Program-made: the position numbers and the translations under genes | In this document: piece after piece, positions 39,001 through 62,400 of the stretch | How positions within the stretch are numbered: the stretch's first letter is position 1 | How the letters are laid out: the number at the start of each line of letters is the position of its first letter | Assembly: GCA_002269645.1 (NCBI GenBank) | Contig: NIVC01000073.1 | Coordinates: 62,001 to 126,000, forward strand | Source: Macrostomum lignano | Lineage: Eukaryota | Direction: 5' to 3' | DNA length: 64,000 nucleotides | Notes under the pieces: model-generated | What the model saw: only the letters and a program-made list of their open reading frames with translations | What the model was told of the DNA's origin: nothing | Databases searched by the model: none

Positions 39001-39610
39001 TTCATTCTCAGGCTTCTCGCTATTTCAATCATTAGTATATTTAATTACTTAAAATTTTAGTCATATTTGGTATATAGGAATGGGATCTTTCGTTTAATTT
39101 TTCCCGGGATATAATTACATGATTTTACAAAACAAAAATGATCATGTTTGTATTATTAAATAAGAAATTTCTTTTTGTAAACTTACAATCAAATAGAATT
39201 AGTTAGGGTTCATTCTTCATACAACTTGCCTAATTGTTTTGCTGTTTTAATTTGAGTAAAGACTATTTATAATTAGCCCAGAGAAACAAATTGTTGCTTA
39301 TATTTTTCATTTGTAAATACAATAAAGGAACTATATTAATTAACTAAGCATTTTTATTGGTGAAATAAATTTACATTTTCATTAGAAAGTATTTTTCAAT
39401 TATTTTAATGATTCTCGAATCATTTCCGAGAGTAAAGTCAAAGAAATTTTTTTTCTTTAATTTATGGCTTTTTAATTGTGCCTAAACTCACATTTATTGA
39501 AACTGATTATCCAGAAAATGTTCTGTATTACTTATAACCAAGTATTTAGAAGTATTATATATAATTAGGACATTAAGGCAGGTTGCTACTCAAAAATATT
39601 TTCAGACTAA

Positions 39611-48643
<9,033 letters not shown>

Positions 48644-50493
48644 CTTTAGCCGCTGAGCTTGAGAAGATTCCAGTGCTGATTGATGCCAGATTCAATCGAA
48701 GCACATGTACTTTTGAACGCCTGCTGTTGTACCCGTCCAATTACTCGTACACGTACCTTTTTACTTACAATTAACAAAATATTTGAATTCTACTACTTTA
48801 CATGTAACTTAATCTCTGCTGTAAAAGATTTAACTTTATATGTAAATCAGATTTAATTTAAACTGACATAAATAATGTTGTACCTGTTTATGTAAAAAAT
48901 ACTATAGATTTGAACTAATATACTTGGACATATAACATATGTAGTACTTCGAGATTGATATGAAAAATCCACCTGTAGCTTTTGATAGACTTCAAAATCG
49001 AGAAGTTAATTCAAATTGTAATTATTTTTAACATCATTCTTGCAAAAAGTATTTTGCAGTCGTCTGCTGCCAGCTGCTGGAGCCAATGCACTCGTACATG
49101 TACATAAAATTTTTGCAGCTTTTACATGTATTTATTACAAAACAAGCGGAATTCGCCCAAGCTGACGTGTTAAATTTAGCTTAGAAAAAGACTTCGACTT
49201 CGTTTTAACATCTCTGTCAAGTCTGGAGACAGGACATTTTCGAGTAGACAATCAGACTTGTTCTCAGAGGTAGTATTTTGTAGAAAATTACGATTGAAAT
49301 AATGAAAAATTGCAACTAATTAAAAGCACTCAGCTATCACATATTACGGGACTCAATTTTGGCTAATAAAACTTTCGTGTCAGGAATCGCTATTCTAACT
49401 TTTACGGTTTTCAAGGCGACTTAAACAAAGCCTGTTGTATATTTTTCTTAAAAAGAATAAATAAAATAATAAATGAGTAGTTCCACTACTATTGCAAATT
49501 TTTTAATTTCATTGTCATTTTTTAATGAAAACTGTAGCTGTAAACTTCGTATGCAAGGATTTTTTAACATCTGACATTTATATTCTTTTAAATTATCTTT
49601 CGCATTATCGTGCGACAATTAGCCGTGATGGATGCTTGGTTTTTGCCTATAAACTTTTTCTGTTGAACTCTTTGTACTCTCATTGCATTTTGTGCTCTTT
49701 ATTTACTTTTAAACACCTTATTTTCAAGAGTAATTTTTGTTTGACCAAAATCAAGCTATTTGATATTCCAGTTAATTTAGAAATTCAGAATGATGACAAT
49801 ATTACAATCAATAGATTTATATTCTCTGCCATATTTATTAGAACAATTTACAAGCGTTCAAGACCTAAAAATCATTTTAATAAAATGATCAGTATTATTC
49901 TGTAATATTTGTATTGTGGCATAAAACTTGTTCTGGTTGTATAATATTAATACCCGTTCTGTCTGTCTTGCATACATGTACACAGTATGTATTGTCCATC
50001 ACAGAGAATTAATTGGTTGAGATCATGAGCTTGTGTTTCGCATAGTAAGATCCTTCTTTTGAACTTTTCTTGACATTTTAGATTTATTGGCTGGAAGAAA
50101 TTATACTGATGCATGAAAGAGTTGTATAATTTTCAAATTAAACATTAAATAAAGAAGTTAGTCAGTGGAATAGTCGGTGATCATAAAGATTAATTTTTGC
50201 TTATATTGTCTACGAAATTTTGATTTATTAAAATGTCTCCCTCCATAAGCTAAAACATGTAGGAAGGTGCTTCACTTTTAATCTGTTTTAGTCATTGAGC
50301 ATCTTGTTGTGTATTTTTTTCCAAAAAAACAAAAATAATATTATAAATAATGTATCTTAGCTAATTAATCTAAATTTACATGTTAATAAAAATAAATAGA
50401 AAATAGAATGTTACTAGAAAATAAATAGATGCACTTCAATTAGCACTATCAGCAATGAAAACATTGGCATTCCAGACCCTTTAGTCTCAAGCC

Positions 50494-53400
50494 ATGTTAA
50501 GCCAGCCCGTGCGCAGCGCAGCCACCCCGAAGCTGCGCCAGCCGGTCCGGCACACTGGTCAGCGGGATCCGGACTCGCTGCGATCGCTGAATGTCACCGG
50601 CTCCGCCAGGATTGACGTGTGCAGCAATCTGGATCTGGAATGCCGAGTCGGCGATGGTGGCGGCTACTGCAGATCAGCTAGACGAGCTCAGGGTAAGGGT
50701 TGCCATGCGGTCAGTGCTTAGATTTTTTTGAAAAATATTTTTTGATTTTCTAAATGACCTTTCAGAGAGCTACGACGCCAGATTACAACAGAAGAAGCTG
50801 AAGGATGAACTGATCACGGACTCAGAGATTGACTATCTAATTAGGGAGAAGCTGCGTAAAGAGCAATACGCTGTAGAGTGCCTGTTCCGCAATGCCGATC
50901 CCTCACAGTGCGGCAGAGTGCACAGGTAAGTGCTGTTGGGGCAGGTTGTAAGGGGTAAGAGAGTGGCTGGCGGTTGGTTGGTGCAGGGTGGGTGTGAGTG
51001 AGGATAAGAGAGTGGCGGGGGGATGGGGCAGTGTGTGAGGGTAAGAGAGTGGCGGGGGGATGGGCAGTGTGTGAGGGTAAGAGAGTGGCGGGGGGATGGG
51101 GCAGTGTGTGAGGGTAAGAGAGTGGCGGGGGATGGGGCAGTGTGTGAGGGTAAGAGAGTGGCGGGGGGATGGGGCAGTGTGTGAGGGTAAGAGAGTAACT
51201 GGGGGTTGGGGCAGGTTGTAAGGGGCAAGAGAGTAGCTGGGGGTTGGTTGGGGCAGGGAGTGAGTGTAAGACAGTGGCTGGCGGTTGGGGCAGGTTGTAA
51301 GGGGTAAGAGAGTGGCTGGGAGTTGGGGCAGTGTGTGCATGAGGGTGAGAGAGGCTGGTGGTTGGGGCAGTGTATGAGGATAAGAGAGTGGTGGGGGGTT
51401 GGGGCAGTATGTGAGGGTAAGAAAGTGACTGGGGGTTGGTGCAGGGTGTGAGGGTGAGAGAGTGGTGGGGGGTTGGGGCAGGGTGTGATTGTAGGAGAGT
51501 GGCTGGGGGTTGGTGCAGGGTGTGAGGGTGAGGGTGGCTGAGATAGAGTAGGGTTTTTGTGGGTTGAGGACAGATCGTATTTAATAAAAAAATTTCAAAC
51601 GATCTGCCGATTCCAGAAACGCGCTGCTGCGTATTCTGTACAGCATCTGCGGCCACATCCGATTCGAACAATTCCACCGTCTGCTCGACCGTCTGGGCCT
51701 CGAGGACAAGCAGACCGTGACATTCGCCGATTTCAAGGCCGGCTTCTCCGACAGTTCGTCGACTTCGCCGCCATCAGGCACCGCAGCGGCGCCGCTGATC
51801 GGGCGGTACAGCAGCAAGCCGGTCAGCGTGGCGCACGCGTTCGCCATGATGCGTCAGCGGGTGGCGCAGCCGGGCTTTGATTTGGCCGACATCCTGCCGG
51901 CCGCCTGCTTTGAGCCGGACGGTGTTGTGCTGAAACCGCAGCTGGTGCGCGCTCTGGAACTGCTGCGGATTCCCCTGGCGCCGGGCGATACGGACAAGTT
52001 CTGGGGCAGGTGAGATGATCGTTTTAAGTAGCATATAGGAAATTGATTTTTCTTAAAATAACTGCAGGGCGAATCCATGTTTCTATAAATAACTGCAGGG
52101 AGATTCCATGTGTCTATAAATAACTGCAGGGAGAATCCATGTTTCTATAAATAACTGCAGGGAGATTCCATGTGTCTATAAATAACTGCAGGGAGAATCC
52201 ATGTGTCTATAAGTAACTGCAGGGCGAATCCATGTTTCTATAAATAACTGCAGGGCGAATCCATGTTTCTATAAATAACTGCAGGGAGAATCCATGTTTC
52301 TATAAATAACTGCAGGGAGATTCCATGTGTCTATAAGTAACTGCAGGGCGAATCCATGTCTCTATAAATGATTGCGGGGAGATTCCATGCTCATAAATAT
52401 TCGATAAGTACAGGGAGCATCCATTTTTCCATAAATAACTACATCGAGAATCCATCTTTCCCCAAATAACTGCAGAGAGAATCCATGTTTCTATAAGTAA
52501 CTGCAGGGAGAATCCATGTTTCTATAAATATTGTAACTGCAGGAACAACTTTCCTTTATTAATTTCAAAACCAACCCGAAGATTTTTATAGCTGATTTTT
52601 CAAACTACTATTGCGTAAATCAGCAATAAATCAGCAATAAATTTTTAGATGGTCTACGATCAATTTAAATTATTTTACAGCACCATTGAAGTACCATCCA
52701 GCCAGTTGCTCTAGTTTTTGCCTTCTGCAGGTCTTATTAAATTCAGCCGTAGCCCTCGGTGGTCCAGAGCGTCGCTCTGGTGTGCCAGCGACCCAGGCTC
52801 GATTCCAAGTGCAGTCACATTAATCTTGGGCTGAATTGGAATATCGGCTTGGCTCTGCTCGTGCAATTAACGGCCTGAGGGCCAACCCCAAGGCACAGTG
52901 AAGTGTACATGCCTAACGATAAATAAAGTCAGGGCCGCTGTACACTCCTGTGTGAGTGTGTGCATGTGCGTATGACTGCGTACGTATCCGCGCGCTTGTG
53001 TGCCTGCTCAGGGGAGTCGGCGGAATGGGCAGCAATGCCTCTCGCCGGTTGCGTGACAATGTCGCTTACAGCCCCCTGTCTAACTAAATGAGGGATGAGA
53101 AATTACAGCAGCCATTTACGTTCAGTCTAAGGAATATTTTTGTGAAAAATCCTCTTCATGCTACTTACGAAAAGCTTTAGTCAGTAGTGCTATTCAATCA
53201 TTAACTTTAAGCATATTTTCTGTTTTCACCAGACCTATTTCCGGGATTAGAAGCATTCGAAAAGAAGGCAGCTCAGCAGCCTAATTGGAATATTTTTTTC
53301 ATTTGCTCCACAATTCGTGCTGTTTCTTTGATTCTATTCTGAAAAACATTTCCGAAACAAGGTTAAATAATTCTCATTTACTTTGGAAAGTCGCAGAACT

Positions 53401-56400
53401 TTGGATTTTGTTTTTGTACCGCACAGAAAAGCACAACAGGAGAGGCTGGCAAAACAGGGCAATTAGCGGATGAAGCAGTTTATCTAGCAACAAAAATAGA
53501 GTGACGCTGAATTGCCGCAAATGATTTGTTTCTTGGAAAATCCAGCGTTTCTCGTTGAGCACAACAGAGGCAATTTAATAAACCTTGAATGTTTGTCAAT
53601 CACAATGAAAACTGTTCTTTTCAGCCACTTTTTTATAATGTTCTTTTCTGCGGTTTAAAAAAACGGTGATAAACACAAGCCTGTTTATTGACGTCAGTGC
53701 TGGAATCATTTTCGTAGAATTTCAAAACGCTTTCAAAGAAAGCCCGGGTTACATAAAATTTCAATATGGGGATGAATTCGGGGGATGAAATTGTTGTTAA
53801 GGCTGATTTTTAGTGGTAAAGTGTCTGTATACAAATAGATTTTAAATATAAACAATACGCATTATGTTTTTTCCCTGAACTCACAACAAAACAAACAATA
53901 AGTAACAAAAAGGATGGCTCAGATTTAAACAAAAACACACTTAGAAGTTAGTTTCTTAGAAACTGTTTTCCTCGAAACGAACCAAAAATAGTAAAAGCCG
54001 CAATATAAAATTCAGATTTGACCTTCACGGCACTGGAGCTGTGAGCACAAGTCAGCTGCAGACTCTTCTGGGACTGTCCTGCAGCAGCAATCAGGGCCAG
54101 AGGACCCAGCGCGGACCGCCCAGATCGAAAACTGCGCCAAGTCACGCTGAGAGAAGAAAGCTGGATCTGCAGCAGAAAGATGAATCGCCTGCAATCAAAC
54201 CTGAGGAGGTGAAGCCCGCTAGCCCCCTCCACTGATGCTGCACTGACCCGCTAGCACCCTCCACTGCTGCTGCACTGACCCGCTAGCACCCTCCACTGCT
54301 GCTGCACTGACCCGCTAGCACCCTCCACTGCTGCTGCACTGACCCGCTAGCACCTTCCAATGACGCTGCACTGACCCGCTCAAAGACTTGACACATTTAT
54401 AACAGCAGTATTTTTTGTCATTTTTAAGGCTTCATCTGAGCAGCAGCAGAAGCCTTCGTCACCTCAACCAGCAGCCGCCGACACCGCTGCGACACCCAGC
54501 TCAGCACAGGCCACGGCGGCTGACTTCAAGCATTTGAAGCGATTCGAGCTCATGCGAAAAAACCGTCCAGTTTTCGATCATTTTATGGACGCTTTTTACT
54601 ACATGGTAGGTCGGCATGGGTCACTGACGGGGGGGTCACTGAGGAGCCACTATGGGGTCACTGTGGGGTCGCTGCGAAGTCACTATGGGATCACTGAGAG
54701 ATCAGTGAAGATCATTGAGGGTTCACTATGCGAGTAACTTGGAGTCACTGAGGAGTCACTGAGGAGTCACTGAGGAGTCACTGCGGAACACACTGTTGGT
54801 GGCCTCTATTTTGGGCGACTCAATAGAATCCAAGTTGAAAGAATTCTTCCCAAAATGTCACCAAAAATCGACCACCTCTCCGCCAGTTCGAGGAGCCCTA
54901 CGAGGCCCTGCTGGCGGCATTCCAACAGGCAGACACGGAGCGATCCGGTCGACTGGCAATTGGCGAACTGCAACGCGTGCTTCGCGAATTCGGCTTCCCG
55001 ACTGCCGACGGGCCGGACAGCGTCGGGTTCGACCAGTTCCTCATCCGGTTCGGCCTGCGGCCCGGCTACGCCGGAGCGGTGAGCTACGAGGATCTCCTGG
55101 CCAAGCTGCAGGCTAAGGGCGCGAATTCTCTGCTCAGCCGCTACCTGCTATCGGACAAGACACCGATTGCGTGAGTGAAAAATTTCTATTATATCTTTAA
55201 ATTTTCCAGGATTCTCCCTGTAGTTATCTATAGAAACATGGATTCTCCCTTAGTTATTAATAGAAACATGGATTCTCCCTGTAGTTATTTATGGAAATAT
55301 GGATTCGCCTTGTAGTTATTAATAGAAACTCAGATTCTCCCTGTAGTTACTATAGAAACATGGATTCTCCCTGTAGTTATTTATGGAAACTCGTACTCTC
55401 TCTATGGTTATTATTTGAAACATGAACTCGCCGTGAAGTTATTTTTTGACAAGGGGTTTCTCCTTAGAGTTATTTAAAGAAACTTTAATCTTCAAGTAGT
55501 TAATTTTAGAAACATAGATTCGCCTGGTAAGTATTTTTAGAAACACGGAGTCTCCCCTACATTCATTTCATAGAAACACAGATTTCCCACAGTTTTGCGA
55601 TGTAGACCAGGAGCAATCACCAAACATGGACCAGAGACGTGTATTCTGAAGAGCTTTAGTATAGAAAAAATATCACTTCTAGCTCGTACCTAAGAGCATC
55701 AAAGCATGAATTCTCCCAGGAGAATTTCTACTCAGGGGTATTCTCTCCGGAGAAAATTAGAAAATTTTCCAATTACCGTTATTGCATGATAACTCTGTGA
55801 GGCGGCCTGCCCATCAAAGGACCAGTCCAAGCCATCAAAAGAATTAATTTTCCTTTGTCCAAGCTAGTCCGGGCCAGAGCATTATTTGCAATTCAATTAT
55901 CGTTTCCACTAAATTTTTCTCGTCGGCAACTGCTCAAATTTTAGCCGCCCCCAAAAGTCGTGATTAATCTCGAAGCAAGTCGTGTGTTTTTGCAGCATCG
56001 CCGGCCGTAAACAGCAAGCAGTGCCGTGCTTCCGTGCAGGCTGCGAGCTGCTGGCGGTGATCTGCACTTCTGGGCTGCATACCGTGATTGACAGACTCAA
56101 TTTTGCGACGAATTCAACTTTACTAACCAAGCCCATAGGAAGTGGCTTCCCTGTGAGAAGGAAATTGAGGGTGAAGTCCCTTATCAGCCGAGAGCTGACT
56201 CGCGAGGGCGAGCCTACAGGTTCCAAGTGGACTCCGAACTCGATAAGAGTATTAGGCTTAGCAAGTAAACACCCGGACCTTCCTGACATTCATCTGGCCT
56301 TCACTTCATCTCATTTGCTAAACTACTCAGACATCCCCGAGTTGAAGGAACGAATGAAGAGTCACTGGACTAAGAAATGAGCCAATTTTCGAAATGAGCC

Positions 56401-59400
56401 CATGTTTTGAGGTCGTTCGTAAGCTGCAAGTCTGTTCAGAAGCAGACTGCATGCGTTGACTTTGTTTTGATTGTTTTTTCGCGCAACTTTTTTTCACACT
56501 TCAGGTTCGACGAAGGTCAAGATTGCCCTCTGAAGCGCCAGAACCTGTCGCCTTACCAAATGGAATTGCGGCTTCTACAGTTTCTGCACAGAGACTACCT
56601 GCTTCTGCATTTCGGATTTACGTAAGACATTCATATCGATCAGCTGATTGTAACTCCGTCTCTGGGGTGCTGGGGAGCAGCCTTGACTTTCTAATCGATC
56701 AGGCATGTACACTCTCTGTGCCTTGGGGGGTTGGCCCTCATGGCTGTGAAGCCCCAACTGAATGTAGCCGCGCACGATATCAAGTCTCAGGGGAATTCCA
56801 GGCTAAATTTAGATCGAACGGAATTCCATACTATATTTAGGCTCAATGGAATTCCTGTTTAAATTTTGATTGAAGAAAAATTGAGGAAATCCCGATTGTG
56901 CTTTAACTCAGAAAAGCAGCTGGTTAATCGATCTTCCAGACGCGACGATTCACAGAAGACCGGCCTGGTGTCTGAGGACGCCTTCCGAGCCATTGTCGGC
57001 CGGGTGCTCCGAGCGGAGGTCCCCGCCCACCAGCTGGCGAGCGTCCTGGCCCGACTGACGAAAAGCCGAAACGGCGCTGTGCAGTACATGCCGTTTTTGG
57101 AGCAGTTTCACATCGCGTGAGCCACTGCAGATCTGGAAGATCGCCCCGACTTCAATCTGTACTTTTTGGAATTTCCCTTGTCCGATGGATTCTCCGCCCA
57201 CTGGGGTTTCAGTTAATATCCATCTACTGGGATTCCCTCCCCTAACTGGATTCTCCATCTGCTGGGTTGCCCCCTCTAACTGGATTATCCATCTGCTGGG
57301 ATTCCCTCTCAAAGTGGATAGATTCTCCATCTTACTGGGATTCCCCCTCCGAGTGGATAGATTCTCCATCTTACTGGGATTCCTTCTCAAAGTGGATGAA
57401 TTCTCCATCTGCTAGGACTCCCTCTCAAAGTGGATGGATTCTCTATCTACTGGGATTCCCTTTCAAAGTGGATGGATTCTCCATCTTACTGGGATTCCCC
57501 CTCCAAGTGGATAGATTCTCCATCTGCTAGGACTCCCTCTCAAAGTGGATGGATTCTCTATCTACTGGGATTCCCTTTCAAAGTGGATGGATTCTCTATC
57601 TACTGGGATTCCCTTTCAAAGTGGATGGATTCTCCATCTTACTGGGATTCCCCCTCCAAGTGGATAGATTCTCCATCTTACTGAGATTCCTTCTCAAAGT
57701 GGATGGATTCTCCATCTGCTAGGACTCCCTCTCAAAGTGGATGGATTCTCTATCTACTGGGATTCCCCCTCCGAGTGGATAGATTCTCCATCTTACTGGG
57801 ATTCCTTCTCAAAGCGGATGGATTCTCTATCTACTGAGATTCCCTTTCAAAGTGGATCGATTCTCTATCTACTGGGATTCCCCCTCCAAGTGGATAGATT
57901 CTCCATCTTACTGGGATTCCTTCTCAAAGTGGATGGATTCTCCATCTGCTAGGACTCCCTCTCAAAGTGGATGGATTCTCTATCTACTGGGATTCCCTTT
58001 CAAAGTGGATGGATTCTCTATCTACTGGGATTCCCTTTCAAAGTGGACGGATTCTCTATTTGCTAGGACTCCCTCTCAAAGTTGGATGGATTCTCCATCT
58101 ACTGGGATTCCCCCCTCCGAGTGGATGGATTCTCTATCTACTGGGATTCCCCCTCCGAGTGGATAGATTCTCCATCTTACTGGGATTCCTTCTCAAAGCG
58201 GATGGATTCTCTATCTACTGGGATTCCCTTTCAAAGTGGATCGATTCTCTATCTACTGGGGTTCCCCCTCCGAGTGGATAGATTCTCCATCTTACTGGGA
58301 TTCCCCCTCCGAGTGGATAAATTCTCCATCTTACTGGGATTCCTTCTCAAAGTGGATGGATTCTCTATCTACTGGGATTCCTTTCAAATTGAATAGATTC
58401 TCCATCTTACTGGGATTTTTTCTCAAAGAGGATGGATTCTCTATCTACTGGGATTCCTTTCAAATTGGATAGATTCTCCATCTTACTGGGATTTTTTCTC
58501 AAAGAGGATGGATTCTCTATCTACTGGGATTCCCTTTCAAAGTGGATGGATTCTCTATCTACTGGGATTCCCCCTCCGAGTGGATAGATTCTCCATCTTA
58601 CTGGGATTCCTTCTCAAAGCGGATGGATTCTCTATCTACTGGGATTCCCTTTCAAAGTGGATCGATTCTCTATCTACTGGGGTTCCCCCTCCGAGTGGAT
58701 AGATTCTCCATCTTACTGGGATTCCTTCTCAAAGTGGATGGATTCTCTATCTACTGGGATTCCCTTTCAAAGTGGATCGATTCTCTATCTACTGGGGTTC
58801 CCCCTCCGAGTGGATAGATTCTCCATCTTACTGGGATTCCTTCTCAAAGTGGATGGATTCTCTATCTACTGGGATTCCCTTTCAAAGTGGACGGATTCTC
58901 TATCTACTGGGATTCCCCCTCCAAGTGGATAGATTCTCCATCTGCAAGGACTCCCTCTCAAAGTGGATGGATTCTCTATCTACTGGGATTCCCTTTCAAA
59001 GTGGACGGATTCTCTATCTGCTAGGACTCCCTTCTCAAAGTGGATGGATTCTCCATCTACTGGGATTCCCTTTCAAAGTGGACGGATTCTCTATCTGCTA
59101 GGACTCCCTCTCAAAGTTGGATGGATTCTCCATCTACTGGGATTCCCCCCTCCGAGTGGATAGATTCTCCATCTGCTAGGACTCCCTCTCAAAGTGGATG
59201 GAATCTCTAGCTACTGGGATTCCCTTTCAAAGTGGACGGATTCTCTATCTGCTAGGACTCCCTTCTCAAAGTGGATGGATTCTCCATCTACTGGGATTCC
59301 CTTTCAAAGTGGACGGATTCTCTATCTGCTAGGACTCCCTCTCAAAGTTGGATGGATTCTCCATCTACTGGGATTCCCCCCTCCGAGTGGATAGATTCTC

Positions 59401-62400
59401 CATCTGCTAGGACTCCCTCTCAAAGTGGATGGAATCTCTAGCTACTGGGATTCCCTTTCAAAGTGGACGGATTCTCTATCTGCTAGGACTCCCTTCTCAA
59501 AGTGGATGGATTCTCCATCTACTGGGATTCCCTTTCAAAGTGGATGGATTCTCCATCTGCTAGGACTCCCTCTCAAAGTGGATGGAATCTCTAGCTACTG
59601 GGATTCCCTCTTAAAGTGGATGGATTCTCCATCTACTGGGATTCCCCCCTCCGAGTGGATGGAATCTCTAGCTACTGGGATTCCCCCTCAAAGTGGATGG
59701 ATTTTCCATCTGCTAGGATTCCCCCTTTAACTTGATTATCATCAACAGTGATTTCCATCAAACATACGGGATTCGCCGTTTTCTGAATATAAAACGGGAC
59801 TAAAGTATACTTTCGAATTTTTTACTTTCCTAGACCAAAAATGTGGGCCAAGCAGCCGATCTGCCCGAAACCGCCATCTCAGCAGCAGCAAAAGCAGCAG
59901 CTTGAAGTTGCTCCTTCAGCTGACTCCGCGACTCCTGCAATCAAGGAGGTGAAGTTCCAGACAAAGAAGAACTCGCAGTCAAAGCGAGAGCAGCAGCAGC
60001 AGCAGAGATCCCTGTTGGACTTGGCCAGAATGACTCAGGCCACCCTGACTGCTCACTTCCACCAGGTGGACAAGCTGTACAAGCAGATGGACCGGCGCAA
60101 TACCGGCAGAATCAGCTGCAAGCAGTTCCGGTCCTTGCTTAACGCGTGAGTTATTGGTGATGCAGTTAGCGATGAGAGCTAAATTGTAAGATTTATGGTC
60201 CTTAAGATTCTCGTATAGATTCAGCTCCAATCTCATATAGATTCGGCTCCAATCTCATATAGATTTGGCTCCAATCTCATATAGATTCAACTCCAATCTC
60301 ATATAGATTCGGCTCCAATTTCATATAGATTCGGCTCCAATCTCATATAGATTTGGCTCCAATTTCATATAGATTCGGCTCCAATCTCATATAGATTCGG
60401 CTCCAATCTCATATAGATTCGGCTCCAATCTCATATAGATTCGGCTCCAATCTCATATAGATTCGGCTCTATTCTCATATAGATTCGGCTCTAATCTCAT
60501 ATAGATTCGGCTCTATTCTCATATAGATTCAGCTCCAATCTCATATAGATTCGGCTCTAATCTCATATAGATTCGACTCCAATCTCATATAGATTCGGCT
60601 CTATTCTCATATAGATTCGGCTCTAATCTCATATAGATTCGGCTCTATTCTCATATAGATTCGACTCCAATCTCATATAGATTCAACTCCAGTCTCATAT
60701 AGATTCGGCTCCAATCTCATATAGATTCGGCTCCAATCTCATATAGATTCGGCTCCAATCTCATATAGATTCGGCTCCAATCTCATATAGATTCGGCTCT
60801 TATCTCATATAGATTCGGCTCTAATCTCATATAGATTCGGCTCTATTCTCATATAGATTCAGCTCCAATCTCATATAGATTCGGCTCCAATCTCATATAG
60901 ATTCGGCTCCAATCTCATATAGATTCGGCTCTTATCTCATATAGATTCGGCTCTTATCTCATATAGATTCGGCTCTAATCTCATATAGATTCGGCTCTAT
61001 TCTCATATAGATTCAGCTCCAATCTCATATAGATTCGGCTCTAATCTCATATAGATTCGGCTCCAATCTCATATAGATTCGGCTCTTATCTCATATAGAT
61101 TCGGCTCTAATCTCATATAGATTCGGCTCTATTCTCATATAGATTCGGCTCCAATCTCATATAGATTCGGCTCCAATCTCATATAGATTCGGCTCCAATC
61201 TCATATAGATTCGGCTCCAATCTCATATAGATTCGGCTCCAATCTCATATAGATTCGGCTCCAATCTCATATAGATTCGGCTCCAAACCCCGTCATCTTC
61301 CCTCTCTCAACCCGCAGCCTCGGCCTGGGTGTCACCGAGCAGGAGATGTCGGCGCTCTGGTCAACTCTGGACACCAGCCCGGACGGGCAGTGGAGTTACA
61401 GGCAGATGCTGAGGCACTTCATGTCCGGTGGACTGCAGGAGGCGGCCTTGATGGAGAGGCTTCGCGGCGCTCATAGGAGCTGGCGGATGTGTGAGTCGGC
61501 AAAACCATTCCCCTGCCTTTGCCAGTTGATGAGAATGATAATCCCTGCTCAAAGGGATATCAGTTTAGGGAGGGGGGGTAAAGAGAGAAAGATAGAGCAC
61601 ATCTGCTCGAATCTTATATAGGAAATTTGAATCTCGTGTATCATTTAAGCTTGTCATGGTTTTGCTTTTGCTTTCCACTGGTGCCACTGACCGGCCTCTC
61701 AAACTGATGGAGTGCTGTAATTTGACTCCTGTCTGTGGCTGTTTATCTGTTTTTGTCGACATTTCCTGTCTATGAATTATTTCTATGAATCATTTAGCAG
61801 TACGTCTGTCAGTCTTCACTGATTATATCCCATTATATCCTATTTTATTCCATTCTATTCCATTCTATTCCGCTCTATCCTATTTTATTCCATTCTATTC
61901 CATTCTATCCTATTTTATTCCATTCTTTTCCATTCTATTCCATTATATCCTATTATATTCCATTCAATTCCATTCTATTCCATTATATCCTATTATATTC
62001 CATTCAATTCCATTCTATTCCATTCTATCCTATTCTATCCCATTCTATTCCATTCTATCCTATTCTATCCCATTCTATCCTATTCTATCCTATTCTATCC
62101 TATTCTATCCTATTCTATCCTATTCAATTCTATTCTATCCCATTCTATCCTATTCTATCCTATTCTATCCTATTCTATCCTATTCTATCCTATTTTTTCC
62201 TATTTTTTCCTATTCTGTCCTATTCCATTCTATCATATTCTATCCTTCTATCTTATTGTATCCTATTCTAGTCTATTATATTATATTCTGTTCTATAATA
62301 TCCCATTATATCCTATTCAACTTTATTACACCCCATCGTATTTTATCCCATATCCAATAAATATTCAGCGGACACCGCAGATCCAAGCGTGATGAAGCTG

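Noticed and set aside
57185-59730. Many short Trp/Asp/Ser ORFs
   Set aside because: 38-39 bp minisatellite in an intron.
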